Under the pieces are notes generated by a model. The model made no database searches. It saw only the letters and a program-made list of their open reading frames with translations, and was not told the origin of the DNA. A DNA stretch of 64,000 nucleotides from an uncultured Candidatus Rokubacteria bacterium (GTDB lineage Bacteria; Methylomirabilota; Methylomirabilia; Rokubacteriales; CSP1-6), in contig CAWBMV010000012.1 of the NCBI GenBank assembly GCA_963789955.1, positions 128,001 to 192,000 on the forward strand. The letters are read 5' to 3'. Below are positions 62,423 through 64,000 of this stretch, piece by piece. Numbering within the stretch: position 1 is the stretch's first letter; each line of letters opens with the position of its first letter. Made by a program: the position numbers and the translations under genes.

Positions 62423-62483
62423 AGCGCGGAGCGCTCGCCGCGAGGGTGCCCACGGCTCTCGCGGCGAACCGCTCGACCGCGCT
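62423..62483. other. Long intergenic stem-loop without a U-tract
   Basis: AGCGCGG/CCGCGCT, AGCG/CGCT and TCGCCGCGAG/CTCGCGGCGA stacked stems. Confidence 0.6.
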
Positions 62484-62510
62484 CCCGCACTTGCCAGGTA
62501 AGGAGCTCGC

Positions 62511-64000
62511 GTGGCCCTGAGAATCGGCGTCGACATCGGTGGCACGTTCACGGATCTCGTCGCGCTCGACGAAGCGACGGGTACCGTGGTCACCACCAAG
62601 GCGCTCAGCACGCCGCGCGAGCTCCTCGAGGGCGTCCTGCGCTGCGTGGACCAGGCCGGCGTGCGGCTGGCCGACTGTCGGTTCGTCATCCACGGCACGA
62701 CCATCGGCATCAACGCGCTGCTCGAGCGGAAGGGCGCGCGCACCGGGCTCATCACGACCGAGGGATTTCGGGACGTCCTCGAGATCGGGCGCGGCGACTT
62801 TCTGAAGATGTACGACGTGCTCTATCGGCGGCCCGAGCCGCTGGTGCCGCGCGGTCGCTGCCACGAGGTGCCGGAGCGCCTGACGGCGACCGGCGACGTG
62901 CTCGTGCCGCTCGACGAGGCGGCCGTCCGGGCGGCAGCCCGCGGATTGCTCGCCGACGGCGTCGAGTCGGTGGCGATCGTGTTCCTGTTCTCGTATCGCG
63001 ATCCCGCCCACGAGGTGCGCGCCGCTCGGATCGTCGCGGATGAGATGCCGGGCGCGGCGGTCTCGGCCTCGCACCGGATCACGCAGGAATGGCGCGAGTA
63101 CGAGCGGACGAGCACGACGGTCGTGAACGCGTACGTCCAGCCGATCATGGACCGCTATCTCCGCGAGTTCGGGAAAGGGCTCGCCGGGCGCGGCTTCACG
63201 GGCCAGCTCCTGGTGACCCAGTCGAACGGTGGCGCCTTCTCACTCGACGCGGCGCGATCGAAGCCCGTGCACACGATCGAGTCCGGTCCCGCAGCGGGGG
63301 TGACGGGCAGCGCCAGTCTTTCGCGGGTGCTCGGTACCGACCGCCTGATCTCGTTCGACATGGGCGGCACGACCGCCAAGTGCGCGATCGTCGAGCGCGG
63401 CCTCGTGCAGACGACCGACGAGTACCACGTCGACGGCCGTCCGCTCCGGATTCCGGTGATCGACATCAAGGAAGTGAGCGCGGGCGGCGGCACGATCGCG
63501 TGGATCGACGCGGGCGGCGCCCTGGCACTCGGCCCGCACAGCGCCGGCGCGGACCCGGGCCCGGTGTCCTACGCGCGGGGCGGCAGCGAGCCAACCGTTA
63601 CCGACGCGAACCTGGTGCTCGGGCGGATCGACTCGGCCCGCTTCCTCGGCGGCACGATGCCGCTCGATCTTGCGAGCGCCATGCGCGCCATCGACGAGAA
63701 GGTCGGCGTGCCCCTCGGCCTCACCCGCGCCGCCGCGGCGGCCGGCGTCATCAGGCTGGCCGACGTGAAGATGGCGCTGGCGGTGCGTAGCATCACGACC
63801 GAGCGCGGGCTGGATCCGAGGGACTACACGCTCCTGGCCTACGGTGGCGGCGGGCCGCTGCACGCCGTCGCGATCGCCCGTGAGCTCGGGATTCCGCGCG
63901 TCGTCGTGCCGCCGTCGCCGTCGACCTTCTCCGCCTGGGGGATGCTGGCGACCGATCTCAGACACGATCTGGTGCGCACCGTCCTCGTGCCGCTCGACGA
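62511..64000 (+). CDS. Hydantoinase A/oxoprolinase family protein (partial, runs off the window)
   Basis: Not in the ORF track as a full ORF. My translation gives MALRIGVDIGGTFTD, HGTT, EYERTST, ESGPAAG, DMGGTT, PTVTDAN and YGGGGPLH; AAGGAG RBS. Confidence 0.92.
   Translation, partial: MALRIGVDIGGTFTDLVALDEATGTVVTTKALSTPRELLEGVLRCVDQAGVRLADCRFVIHGTTIGINALLERKGARTGLITTEGFRDVLEIGRGDFLKMYDVLYRRPEPLVPRGRCHEVPERLTATGDVLVPLDEAAVRAAARGLLADGVESVAIVFLFSYRDPAHEVRAARIVADEMPGAAVSASHRITQEWREYERTSTTVVNAYVQPIMDRYLREFGKGLAGRGFTGQLLVTQSNGGAFSLDAARSKPVHTIESGPAAGVTGSASLSRVLGTDRLISFDMGGTTAKCAIVERGLVQTTDEYHVDGRPLRIPVIDIKEVSAGGGTIAWIDAGGALALGPHSAGADPGPVSYARGGSEPTVTDANLVLGRIDSARFLGGTMPLDLASAMRAIDEKVGVPLGLTRAAAAAGVIRLADVKMALAVRSITTERGLDPRDYTLLAYGGGGPLHAVAIARELGIPRVVVPPSPSTFSAWGMLATDLRHDLVRTVLVPLD

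Overview
This is a high-GC, gene-dense window of accessory and catabolic metabolism. Its gene repertoire resembles Candidatus Rokubacteria (Methylomirabilota): many stand-alone solute-binding proteins, luciferase-like monooxygenases, SDRs, amidohydrolases and a CoA-transferase. That taxonomic call is an inference. About 55 CDS or CDS fragments are recognisable. They include an aldehyde:ferredoxin oxidoreductase (AOR) with a MoaD/ThiS carrier, an orphan xanthine-dehydrogenase/CoxL-type large subunit, a fused double ABC exporter, a thiolase/DUF35 pair and a CzcCBA-like RND pump with a convergent two-component system. Many genes carry single-base frameshifts, probably long-read consensus errors, and there are at least three abrupt gene-to-gene junctions. 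I found no rRNA, tRNA, CRISPR array, transposase or integrase. Highlights: (1) a hidden selenoprotein at 8335-9976, with an in-frame UGA in a U-S-T-C motif followed by a SECIS-like GGUC hairpin; (2) a MoaD/ThiS sulfur carrier whose di-glycine end is buried in a 45-bp tandem repeat, next to the AOR gene; (3) a dispersed structured repeat family at gene 3' ends, with one compensatory base-pair change; (4) four sigma-54-type promoters in front of unannotated small or secreted proteins.
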